A stretch of 64,000 nucleotides of DNA from contig OZ037773.1 in assembly GCA_964035545.1 (NCBI GenBank), positions 7,345,751-7,409,750 of the forward strand, in the 5' to 3' direction. How positions within the stretch are numbered: the first letter of the stretch is position 1; every line of letters starts with the position of its first letter. The position numbers and the translations under genes were made by a program. The DNA comes from Bugula neritina (taxonomy: Eukaryota > Animalia > Bryozoa). Positions 51,990 to 64,000 of this stretch are shown here, one piece after another. The notes beneath the pieces are model-generated. The model saw only the letters and a program-made list of their open reading frames with translations. It had not been told where the DNA came from and ran no database searches.

Positions 51990-52910
51990 CTAGTGACTGC
52001 TTTTAAAACTACGAGTACTAGTGTTACACTTACTACAAGTACAATAACTGAGAGACCCTAAATTAAATAGGCACAAAGAGAGACTTTTGGTTTCATATTA
52101 AAACATGACCATTTGAACTTTAAAAAGATAGTAGGCTAATACTATTACTAATTATCATTATAAATTACAATTACTCATATTTATATTGGCCATAATCATA
52201 ATGATTATGATATCATATTCTCAACTAAGCATACAACTCACTCAAAATCATAATGATAATTTGAGATATTATATAAATACTAGTATTTTAAATAAAAAAC
52301 ACAAAAAAACTATTGAAATCGGATTAAAATAATAATAATGATTAGCTCTAACGAAAAGTCAAAGAGTGAGCTATCAACTTAAATACCGAGTCTTGGTTTT
52401 AACTCTAAGGACTAACTCTAGCTCCAAGGACTGAACCTGATGATTGATGACGCTGGTGACTTTTTAGAATTATTATTTATCGAAATAGCTTCAACTTACT
52501 AATGCCTAATGGCAATGCTAATGATTTATTAATGGCAATGCTATATTAGTATTACTATTACTGTATTATTATACTTATTAGTATTACATTTACCATTACT
52601 GACTTAATGTTACTGTTGGTGATACTGATAGTAACACTAACAGTAACAGTAACTGTAAGTGTAACAGTAATAATACAAATACGGTACTTAAAGTTAGTGG
52701 TTAATACTTAATTAATAGACTAATACTAATAGTAATGCTAATAGACAATAGACATAAATACAGTATTACTATTACTATAACTTATAGTTATTGTTGTATA
52801 ACTATAACTATTAGTATTACTATTAGTATAACTATAGTTAAATAGTATAAGTATAAGTATTACTACTACTACAGTACTACTAGTAATACTAATTGACTTA
52901 CTGTATAAGT
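51990..52910. repeat. Drifting-hexamer low-complexity tract, bZIP side of the divergent promoter
   Basis: Examples: ACTGAT AGTAAC ACTAAC AGTAAC AGTAAC; AGTATT ACTATT; CATAAT CATAAT GATTAT. Strongest at 52500-52910. Confidence 0.7.
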
Positions 52911-52949
52911 TACAGAATCTTGGTTTTCATTTTTTGATTAAATTGTTAT

Positions 52950-53550
52950 TTCTAAACTTTAGGTTTCTGCCCTAGAGTTGGGGGTTTGAACGGCTTATTG
53001 CAAATCCAGTGGTCCAAAGTAAATTATACGACTGTTAGTGTTACATACAACTACCAAATGCCAGTGGCAAACGGATGACAGAATAATAAGTAGAACTAGT
53101 ACCTCACATGCTTTTTTTGTTGTGATTAACCTTTATTTAGTACAGGCCGCTTCCTATTGGGCAATTAATTCGTTACGTAACTTCACTTGCAGACTTGATA
53201 TAACCTAAATTCTTTAGTAATGAAAGTATGTAACCTATAATCATCTTTTAGTGGGGGGTAGTTTAGACTGACGGTAAAGTCTAACTACTTGACGGCAGAG
53301 TAACAAAACTTATTTTTCAAGCCGTTTAGGAAAATTCGGCTTTATAGGTTTCAATCCGTTATATAAATGTCGCCAATCATGTTCTTTTTACACGGAGATT
53401 GTAAAATTTGTAACCATATAAACATGGATACATTTGCCTCCGTATGCAAGCTCGTTCTGCTACTGATTATCATTATGCACATGGTGGCTTGAGTTTACCC
53501 AAACCTCACCCTAGCTTTCTATAAACAGAACTGAATTTAAATCTGTCTTT
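52950..53550. promoter_or_regulatory. Putative bidirectional promoter for the bZIP gene (-) and LRRC61 (+), containing a perfect PAR/D-box palindrome GTTACGTAAC at 53172-53181
   Basis: CpG-enriched, complex-sequence island between two divergent genes, with CCAAT/ATTGG motifs (~53156, ~53373). Confidence 0.55.
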
Positions 53551-53559
53551 TTGATTATA

Positions 53560-54650
53560 TTTTAGTTATTAATAACTATGTAACGAAACTTATAGTTATT
53601 GATAATTCTAATTGTTTGTACTTGATGCTGCTTAGCTAATCTGTTACTGTTAGTCATTAGTGTTAGAATCTTTCTTATAGTTATAGTTAATGTTATAGTT
53701 ATTAGTTATAATTTGTTTTATAGTTATAACAATACTTAGTCTTAGGCTTATTTTCTAATTTATAACAAATTCAACACTTACAGTTATACTAAATCTAATA
53801 GTAATAGTAATACTAAGTTATGATTTCTCACAGCTACTAAGCTATTCATTATTAATATTTACATGTTGTTGATACTCACAGTCATATTAAAATCAACACA
53901 TGAATTGAAAGTTTTTTATTGTGTTTCAAAAGGTAAATCACTAAATGAAGTTTTTGTTTTACAACTTTAAATGAGACACAGTACCATCTGTCGCACTTAA
54001 GCTTACATTTACTGAATTTAAATTTATATTTTATATTTTACAGTTTGACTTTGAGTTACAAATCATTAATCAAATTTATTACAGGCAATTTAAAATTCAA
54101 TACAAATTACTCCCAAAGTCAATTTTAAGTTTAGTTTTTACTTAGTAAATTAGATCTGATGAAATCACAAATTGTATGATACCTACATTGGCAGTCATGA
54201 TCACATAAATAGAAATAATGTGTTAAAATTACTCATGAGTTAATTTATACGCTGACTAAACTATAATAGTATCATATTGATTAATATAATGCAAATTCTA
54301 ATGATGAAAAAATAGTGTGATTTAAAACTATAATAGTGATAACCAATCCCATAATAATAAATAAAAGTCACAGCTAAAAATCATGAGCTAAATGTATTTA
54401 AGTTTTAAATTAATAACTTGAATGAAAGACTTGTGCTGTATTCTAGTTAATGTATATTTAAGCTCATAAACTGAAACCCATATTATATATTTCAAAGCTA
54501 GTGAGGACTTAGGTATTATATTTCTCCAAGTGAATTTAAAATATGTTGTAAGTGAATGAGTACTCTGTAAAGTTATTGCAAAAATCGAATACAAAATAAA
54601 ACAATTGTTCAAGCCTGTACCATATTTAACGGAAAACTGCAAAAAGCAAA
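53560..54650. repeat. Drifting-hexamer low-complexity tract, LRRC61 side of the divergent promoter
   Basis: Examples: ATAGTT ATAGTT AATGTT ATAGTT; ATAGTA ATAGTA ATACTA; ATACTC ACAGTC; TTTGAC TTTGAG. Decays with distance from the promoter. Confidence 0.65.
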
Positions 54651-55143
54651 CCGCCTATACAATATTTTGCAATTCCAAGTATTATTACAAATCATGCTAG
54701 TTAATCTTAACATTGGAAAATGAAAGATTGCTGTTTTATTGCTGGATTGGTATAAAATAAATCTGTATTAAGTTTTATATACACACTTAAAAAGCACTTT
54801 TTCTAAAAGTTTCTAATCTTCACTTCCTGATTAGTCTGTTGCTGAATACTTCCTATAAAGCATAATTTATATTGGAGTTATGCCTCATGGTTAGGAGTGC
54901 CTCCCCTGTTTATTATAGCCCTATAAACAAAGAAAGTTAAATGTAAGCTTACGGAGAGCTTCCCAGACCCTGCAGATTTTTTTGAACTTCAAACTCCTAA
55001 ACAAAAACAGTTTTTTATGTGAAAAAAGCCTTATCAATGAATTGATTATGTAAAATTTAAACTTTATTTTTTATATAGCAGCTGTTTTATTTATAAGGGT
55101 TGTTGGTATGTTGGCTGCTGTAACTGTTTTAGAGGTTTGCTAA

Positions 55144-58100
55144 ATGGAAGCTGCTGGTGATTTACAAGATGATCATTGTTTGTCCCTTCAGTTGTTAAAG
55201 TCAGTCAGCAATGAGTTTGATGTTGAAAGTATTCATACCATTTCCCTCACCAAACTAGGCTTGAGTGATATTTCTGTAATTGGTAAGTAAGCAAGTACAA
55301 CATTATTGACCCAATTTCACCTCCAAATTGATAAGCGTTGTCTGCCCATATTCAAACTGTTTAAACTGTGGTTGCTGGCTCATCTGAGCTAAACAGCTGG
55401 CGTTATTTGTTATATGCTTTGTATATTGTGAAAGTGCCAGTTCTGAAGCTAACAGAAGAAAAAGTTATTGTTGATTTTTGTAGTTCAGACAGTTTTTTAT
55501 CGATTCTTATTTTTATTAATAGAATAAGTTGCTTACAGATCGCCAGTAATTTATGACACTCTGCTTTTTTACCACTGTCTAATGTATTTTAGGTGTAGTT
55601 TAAGTATAATACCTCTACTTCAAGCTCCAGACTCATCAGATTGACAGTATAATCAGAGAGCAGACTTTTTTGCACTAATTATTATTATGCTGAACCACTT
55701 GTTTTGTGGCCAGGAAACTATTAGCCTACCACTCAAGCAAAAAATGATCTTACTTAATCTTATTCTGAGACTGGGGTTTCTGGTTAGCTCCTCACATTCT
55801 CTCCAGTTGTCACTAATCTCTCAGTCTATAACACGAGTCAATCATGTTATAAAGTAGAATGTAAATTGTTATTGTTGTCAGACAGTACAACTTATTCAAT
55901 GACTGATGATGTCTCAACAAACAAACTCTTCAGCCTAAGGAGAGGTGCAGGAGAGGGAAAATTTCAAAATAGCTGTTTTCTAGAAAAGTAATGTTGCAAA
56001 GAAAGTCATATTTTTAGAAAATTTCCTACTGGATTTTCAAATCGAAATTAATATAGAAATTTAAATGACTCAGGCTGTTGCATTGCTTTTACAAAGTTTT
56101 GTAAAACTTTCTGTAATAAACAGGAAATGCGCTAACTCATAAACACAAAATGTACCTAAAACTGAAGTTCATACTGAAAAGGAAAAAAACTTTGACTTCT
56201 TTTCATTACTGTAAAAACCAAAATGTTTAATAAAATGAAGTCAATTTACTTTGATAGAAGTTTCTTTTACAACATATGTACAGACCACCCATTGGCTTGA
56301 GTTGTCTGCACACAAGGTTTTCTTCTTTCCTGTAAGTTGGTGAATGTGTAATAGATACAAGTTGGAAACAAGTGTCACTGGAATAACTCTGTGACTGTTT
56401 CGGACATCTGGGATGTCACATCTGTTCTCGGCTAGAGAAGTTTTCACCTTCACGAAAGTCGGCATTAGAAAGGTCATCTGCTGGTCAATCGACCACTTAA
56501 TTTTATACACATGTATATGACTTGTATGGCATGATCGTATCACGGATCTTGTCAAATCTTGTGTTGGTTCGCCCAGCTCTGCTGTCCATTGTCCAACTTG
56601 CTGGGCTTCCCTATATGAGGACCTATCTTTGGTAGGCGGTGTCAGTTTTTTTCCTTCTTTATACTCTAACATCGTGAAATACTCAGAGATGAAAGACACT
56701 GGATATACTATATTTAGAATAAGTTTTTCTTGCATATTGCTGTAAGAGTTATGATCTACACATTATGTACATAGCTTGGCATTGGTGAAGTTTCCGGAAT
56801 CCTGTTTCGCTCTTTTGTAGCTTACCCTCATTATTAAAACTCTCAGCTCACGTAATGCAAATTACCTCCCAGAATCAACTTGAACATGGCAAGTGAGTGT
56901 TCGTTGCCAACTCCATGTTTAAAGTGATGGTGTTTGGCAGTAGATTGGGATAGCAAAAACTCTACAGAATTTTTAATGAGCCAGGTGTATTGATAATACA
57001 GTGTTTCACAGTCACCATCTCTCTTACATATCCAGTGCGTTGTGAAGGGAAGGCATATATGCAGTTTATTCCGTAATGTTTAATTTTTAGTATAGAAAGT
57101 ATAATATTTACTAAGCATGAAATCTGGGTATGATATATATGTAGTATAAAAAGTGAAAACATGTTAAATACAAGTTAAATACAAATGAAAATGCAGGTTT
57201 TTAAACTAATCTACTACTCTGTATTTTAGCCCCGAGTCTTTGTCTTAGCAGCTCACTTGCGACACGATTGTTTATTTTAGCATTTCCATTTGTTATATTA
57301 TTTCAGGATGTTGTCTTGGTCTAGAGAGATTAGATTTATCCTTCAATGATATTAATCAGCTGCAAGCTCTCAGCCCGTTGGTTAATCTTTTAACTCTGGA
57401 CGTGTCAGCCAATAGGATCGCTTCTCTCAACGGCATGCAAGCACTGGATAAGCTGGAGAAGTTGAACGCAGCTGGAAATCTGTTGGGTGAGTATTTAGAT
57501 GGGTGTGTTGTGACTCATTGAGAAATATTCACAGGTTGAATGAATGAAGTTACACCTACTGTCTAGTTTTTAGTTGAAACACAGAGCAGAGCCAATGCTT
57601 GCATACAGACTTCATATGTGTATATATTTATGCTCGTGTACATATTTGTGTACATTTTCACGTATTATGTTTCCAGTGCTACAAACATTTGGTTTATAAA
57701 ATGCTTGTTTAATATAATACTCAGGTTTGTGCATAGACATGTATACATAACTCCACATTTGGTCCTGGAAAGAGACTAATGTAGCTTTTAATCATCCAAT
57801 GGCCCGTTTGAAGGGGGGTGTTCTAGATTATGATAGGGGGGTGGGGGTGGAGAGAAAGTATATTTAGTATTGCTGCCTGTTGTATCAGTCTAACACACAT
57901 GATAAATTCTGAATTGATCCATGGCTTAAAAGGTTTCATGCACTCTTACTCTTGAATGTATAGTAGTTATGGTAACTGTCTGCCCAGAGGTCTTGCCCTG
58001 TTTTGAGGACAATGGTGATGCATAGAGTGACTATCAATATAATCTCCATTAACAAAAAACAGTTTCACACCACATTGATTACCCATTACATAACAGACTG

Positions 58101-61100
58101 ATGGTGGTATGGAAATAAGCTGTATGTTGTAAGATTAGTGTCAAAGGAAGTACCATAGGCTTGTATCTGATTCTAATTGCATAATAAGTGAAACAACCTC
58201 AATCTGCATAACTTGACAAATAACCATAGATTATAACAACACCAGTTGAAAGAGGAACTTACACTAACCAGTAATGAAAAACTCACGCAAGTTTATAGTC
58301 ACCATCCCTGTGAGAAACCCCTGACTGAAAGGGTTTTTGTTAAATCAAGTTAAGGACTTATTCAGATGAGGCACAGGAGCAATTAAGATTGGATGCTCTT
58401 CCTAACACCACTAATGACCTTCACTGGGGTTCTAACCCATGACTTTGTGATTACTAAGCCAGATGCTCTAACCCCCTAGACCGCAGCTGCTCCAGTAATG
58501 ATTCTACAATAATAATATGCAGATAGTAACTAACCAAAACCGTACAAGACTTCACACCATGTTACACCACATTACCTCTATATAGGCACAGTCATGGAGG
58601 AATATTTATAGACCACGTTCTTTAATATTATTAAGAATTTTTTTTTGGACACGGGGTTCAAATTTGCGGGAAAACATAAATTCTTTTGCTGCCTTTCTAA
58701 TGTAGAACACCGCCTTTTCAATTTCTCCATCAATGCACCTGTCTCACTACTATCAGGAATGATAAGGTCATTAGGATAAAACTAGTAAGATTTACTTCTG
58801 CAACTCCAACTGTTCCTCGGATTAGATACTTTTTATAACAGAATAATCTGATGACATCAAAATGAATGTAATTATGTGCTTATCTGGAATCAGTGCATTA
58901 CATCACATTAGTTATGCAATAGTAATCTTATTCAACCTACTTAGTTGTTACATTGGGCTATCTTTTCCTCTATGGTAGTAGAAGAGTAAGTAGTGACATA
59001 TTCAGACAGACAAGTAGTTGTGATGGAAAAACCTTGACCCAGACAAGTGATTGTCGACCAATAGGTTGCCAATATAGGATCAGATTGATAAGGTTTCATT
59101 GTCGACCATGTGGTGAAAACTATTTAGTGATGGTTTAGTCTGACAGAGGTATAATTGCTGGACTGTGCTTTACTCTAGGTGACCAATTGATTACATCAGG
59201 TCTCAGTTTTACCTAGCCCCAGGTCTCCGCTGTAGCTAACCTCAGGTATTCTCCAGGTGTTAGCTGTATATAATATTTAATGTTCTGAACTTTGCTACTC
59301 AATGTTTTACAGGAAGTGCTGAGGTTATAAAGCCAGTGAGCTCCTTACCTCACCTCAGGTCTCTCAGGTTACACGATTCGCTTAAGGAACTCAGTAATCC
59401 GTTCTACATGAGACAGAGTTACAAAACTGAATTACTGAAACTCCTGCATAATCTTAGAGAACTTGACGGGGAGGTGGTGAAGGGACCCGGTAAGTTAGCA
59501 TGATTATGTCTCCTAGGACCTAAGTCTATTCAATCTTATCAGCTACCAGCCTGTTCATCAGACTTTAGGTAAAAATAGCACAAATGGAAAAGTTGGTAAA
59601 AAATAGCACAGTAAAAATGGCGCAGGTAATAATGGCACGGCTGGAAAAGTAGGTAAAAATGGCACACTGTTGTTAAACTTTTCCAAACTCAAACCCCAAA
59701 TTCAAACCCCCAACCCCAATATTGAAAAGATGTGTTATTTTTACCTAATTTTCCAGTTGTGCCATTATTACCTGTGCCGTTTTCACTGTGTCATTTTTAC
59801 CTGTGCTATTTTTACCGGACACCCATCCATCAACGCAACAGATTTAAGATTATAGTTTTGGAATTTTGCATCTAAAAAGTATGAAATTCTTCAACTCATC
59901 AACTGTAGATGGTTTATTCAAAGGGGAGGTGATGTGTGAATCATGGATTCTCTTGCAGCTGTGGGGAAATGTTATGTAATGCTTTAAGGGTGGTGATGTC
60001 ATAATAGATTTTTTGTTTCCTTTTTCCCATAGCAGAGATTCAGCTAGTCTAAGTATTTATAGCCTATGGGTGTGCAGGTAATATTTTGACATAAATGATA
60101 GTTAAGTTGGTTTTAAATTTAAGTTAATTAATAGTTAAGCATAGCTAATTGCATTTTTTGTTTTGAATCCTGTATATTCCAATATATTTTTAAGTTATAA
60201 AAACATACATCAAAATTGTAAACCTGCCAATAGTGTTCATCAAGACGATGGTTTTTCATAATTTATAATAAAGTTGTCTACTCCTTATTTTGGCAAACAA
60301 CTCCGTAATATTTCATGCACAGTTTCTGTGTGTAGCTAACAGTTTTAGGAGTATATATTGAAAGATGGCAGAATTGGTATTATACATACATTACCTGTGA
60401 ACTCACCGTGGTGTAAGGTCTTTTCACGTGGGTGGTCTTATCACACCATGGGGCACCATCTTATAGCACAGTGGGAGGTCTAAGATCATGATAACATGAC
60501 AAAATAAACAAACTTATGAGATATATTAATTATATAAACCAATATTGACCAATAGTACAAGATTCTCTCAATTCTTCTCAAAATATTTAAAAAATTAATA
60601 CTTGTTGTGTTTTCAAAATATGTAGATATGTATGTTTATTGTCGCAGACTGAAAGAAAATAGCAATGTGAAAACGTTATATCATAATTTATAAGTTGCAA
60701 GTGAAAATATAAGTCAAATTTATGCTGGGTTTTTATACCAGTCTAAAAAGTTAGCTATTGTGTAGTAGCCATAATCATTGTGGAAACAGCATAATATAGC
60801 TAGCATAGCTGTGATGATACATAAAAAGCTATAATGAATTAGGAAACGCTTTCCCAGCTCATGTAATGTCCCAACAATACTTATTTTATTTTACCTTATT
60901 TTGTAATATTCTGAAATAATATAAATTATTATGTTTAAGTTAATTAGTAGAATTATATAAAACGAAACTCATTTTAACATCTGCTACCAGTATGTATACT
61001 ATGATGGTAGATAGATAAAGTGTGAAAAGGGTGTGCCTTTTATTCCCTATCTCTGTCAATTACTTACCAAATATCTGTCAAACTAGCCGTTATTTACTTT

Positions 61101-61627
61101 GAAACAGGCTCTGAAGTTTTTAAGCTTATGGCAGACATGGAGAGAGAATTGGGTCACAATTCAGCCAATCAGGAGTTTCCTAATCCTGTATCTAGTCATT
61201 CATTGGCTGATCCAGCTGAAATGTTTACTGTGAAACCGAGAGAACTTTCGAATGGCGACAAGCTGATTGAAGAGGAATACAAGTGTGTTTGTTTATTCAA
61301 TTTGGAGTTTAAGTAAAATTTTAAATAATTTTTAAAAAAGTTTAAAAGTGTATATTTTCTTTTTCTAACGTGCATAGTTTGGGTACCTCATTACCACCTC
61401 CTTGTTTTGCTACTAGAGGCTAAGCATTTCTGTATGTTGTTAGTAGCTTATCTCAGGCTAAGAGAATAATGTGATTAGACAACTCCAAGTGAATTTGGAG
61501 TTGTTTACCCACATTATTATCCTATTTTTTTAGTAAAAGTGTTGAGCTTTGTGCTGCCCTGAGTGAAAGAAGCACTAAACTGATAGCCCAGGCAGAAAGG
61601 AAGCTAAAGGCCCAAGAGAAGGTCTGA
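55144..61627 (+). CDS. LRRC61: Leucine-rich repeat-containing protein 61, ~254 aa
   Basis: Exons 55144-55282, 57307-57486, 59313-59489, 61108-61282, 61534-61627 join in frame. QLLKSVSNEFDVESI, CLGLERLDLSFN, LDVSANRI, KLNAAGNLL, LRLHDSLKELSNP, LDGEVVKGPGSEVFKL and LIAQAE follow vertebrate LRRC61 as I recall it (QLLKSRTGEFSLESI...LNAAGNLL...LSNP...IDGERVIGRGSEFYQL). Confidence 0.92.
58350..58493 (-). mobile_element. tRNA-derived SINE copy in an LRRC61 intron
   Basis: Minus strand GCAGCTGCGGTCTAGGGGGTTAGAGC (A-box-like) ... GGGTTAGAACCCC (B-box-like), followed by the body shared with 33565-33705. Confidence 0.75.
59568..59818. mobile_element. MITE/foldback element with ~100 bp modular inverted arms
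   Basis: Left arm has repeated GGTAAAAAT(A/G)GCACA; right arm has repeated TGTG(C/T)(T/C)ATTTTTACC; spacer contains AAACCC repeats. Confidence 0.85.
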
Positions 61628-62537
61628 TGGAAAAATAGTAAATACATCAAGTAGGCAGTTGGAAGCATGAGGTCTAAGGCTATGAGGTCTGGGGCTATGA
61701 GGCTAGCTGTATTGTGACTTGGTGGCTTTAATTTTATGTTTCCATGGAGACTCGTCAAATCTGGTGCTACTGCAACAGTCTATAGAATCAACTAGAAAAG
61801 CTTTTGAAGTTTTCTCCTGAAAGGCTAGTTTAGAGTCTTAGGGAACATGCTGTATGTTTGAATTCTTGAAATCGCCATAATTGTTAGATGACTAAATGTC
61901 ATTTTTTGGTGAATATTTTTTATTTACAATATCCATTTGGTTAATTTTCTTATCAACCAATTTTCTCAAGTTTTTATATAAAATAATTCCTTGAAATAGT
62001 GCTATGTATGAAATAAAAAATGAATAAATAATAAATAAACAATATGTACAGAGATTGTAAAATATTAATGCGATAATTGTCTTTCATGACTAGTAGTAGG
62101 ACAACTTCCACATGATACACTTTCTTCTTATAACTTGAGGGTAGTATTTTATATAAATTATGAGCTATATACAAGGTCTTTGTCATTATATACAAAATAA
62201 TATCTAGAACTAAATTCTATAAAAAATAACTGAGAGAGAGAATCTACAAATGTGTTGTAACCACCATTAACCCTGAAATGTCTTTAAATGTCTGGTTGTA
62301 ATTGTACGGTGAATAATAGCTAGAAACCTGGCAATGTTATTGAAATGTAAAAGCAGTGGTTCATATATAGCATAGAGCTCAATGACTATAGCACCTTTAC
62401 AAAGGTCAAGGTTGACGTATATGCTGGCTGTGCTCATGATTTGTATCAGCAACCAGCAGTTTTCCATGTATTTAGTGCAAAGGAGCTTTACTCTTGCAAC
62501 ATCTGCTATTGGTATGACGTCTGTCTGTCTGTTCGTT

Positions 62538-63455
62538 TCATACGTACCACTCTTTGCTGTCAGCTCGTCTGTTCAAACTGCTGACAGGAAGTGTAGCGTC
62601 TGCTGTCGAACTGCCCGCCCTATATTCTTTGATGTCCAGCCTCAGATCATCGTCAACAGAGCAGCTGGGGCGGTGCTGGGGCGTGGCCGGGTAGCTCTCT
62701 TGCTGCTTGCGAGTTAGCCGATATATTATCACTCCTATGCATATGGCCGTCACCAGTGCCGCCCCACAAATCCCTGCTATTAACGGTAAGTTCTTCTGAA
62801 GGTCAAAAGGCCTGAAAGATAAAAAGAATAAGTTTGGTTGTTCATTAAACGGAATGTTTATTAGTTGAAACCACAACTAAAAATTTAACTTTCTAGTTTG
62901 TATTCAGTGTTGGCTAGCTAAACTATTAATAGAACCTAAATTATGTTGTCTGCTAACCAATGTTAACTGTATATTACCAGTTAAGACTTGGGGCTTAATT
63001 TGGATTGTACTTCACACAAGGACATGCACACCAAAGAATGCCATGTTAAACAATACCTAGATTTTACTAGAAACTTCTGTTCTCATTTTTTATAGAATAT
63101 AATATTATGTTTGTTGATTGTTCCTCACGTAAAAACTGGCAGCTTATGAAAAATACTTATCATGAACACAGCGAGCCTATGACAAACCCTACAAGCATAT
63201 CTACTCAAATCAATTGACTGTTTCATATGTATGTAAACTACAAACCCGTCTGCTGTAGCCAGAGACTGCATTTCACGCTCAACTGGCAATGTTGTTCGTC
63301 TCCGCACAGTTGTCTGCTCAGCTGGTCTGGAAAAACTCTCCCCTTTAGTCGCATCCGGTTTTTCTGTCTGAACAGAAACGTCTTCTGACCAGTTTAAGAG
63401 AGGAGATGGGTTGGTGACTCTGCAAAATGACGTTGAATTTGAAGGACTAGAGAAT
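62538..63455 (-). CDS. Neurexin-like single-pass membrane protein, 3' exons only (stalk, transmembrane helix, cytoplasmic tail)
   Basis: Exon 63455-63246 (Ser/Thr-rich; alternative in-phase donor at 63129) and terminal exon 62811-62538: TM LPLIAGICGAALVTAICIGVIIY, juxtamembrane YRLTRKQQESY and C-terminal KEWYV, the PDZ-binding end of invertebrate neurexin-1. No LamG domain visible in the window. Confidence 0.65.
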
Positions 63456-64000
63456 CTGGCAAGAGTGAGCAGTGCTAGCAAGATTTTGTTTTGTTCAATC
63501 AGTGCTTGAGTTTAGCTATCTACTAGAAGCAATGTATTTGTGCAGCCAATCAACTATCAGACAAAGCATAAGAATTGTTTGCTCCTGAATTGAAGCAGCC
63601 GACAATTTTTAAACTGATGATTGTTACAAAGTGAAAATGAGGGGTAAAAGATGACACTTATGATATATAGAGGTCTCTTTCTCATACCATGAGTTTGCTA
63701 AAATCATACTTGGTGAAAGATTTCAATAGTATCTGCAGTATGTAAGCAATAATATTTGCACTCCTCTAGTTTCTGCTACTATTTGCTTAATAAGGTGAAA
63801 TATTAACAACCCTAAACTTTCAATAAGCAAACTGTCCCATTTGTTTTGCAAATGCATTAAAAATCAATACTAAACATATAAGATATACTTATTTGATCCT
63901 ATAGTTATTATGCATGCACACAAGACACTGTAAATAGATAATTGTAGCGTGCACCCATCAGGTGCTGAATGCCTAGATATATTGGATGGAGTTGTCCCCT

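Overview
AT-rich metazoan (invertebrate-like) nuclear DNA with spliced genes; no prokaryotic features. I rebuilt five gene models by hand from GT-AG boundaries and phase continuity. (1) A minus-strand gene for a Pro/Gln/Ser/Tyr-rich protein of unknown identity (852-16577, probably continuing off the left edge), with 29-41 nt microexons and alternative first exons. (2) SDR39U1 epimerase-family gene (+, 33462-36676). (3) A giant/CES-2-like PAR-family bZIP gene (-, 38451/42904-49808). (4) LRRC61 (+, 55144-61627), divergent from the bZIP gene. (5) The 3' end of a neurexin-like single-pass membrane protein ending KEWYV (-, 62538-63455, partial). Repeats include a tRNA-derived SINE family, MITEs and micro/minisatellites. 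Most notable: (a) long drifting-hexamer tracts with an A-N-T-N-N-N lattice directly beside the putative promoters, and (b) the bZIP gene, which combines two alternative zipper ends, a uORF overlapping its start, an ATF4-like DSGxxxSP degron motif and a local excess of PAR/D-box sites. All coordinates and counts were read by eye; no database searches were run.
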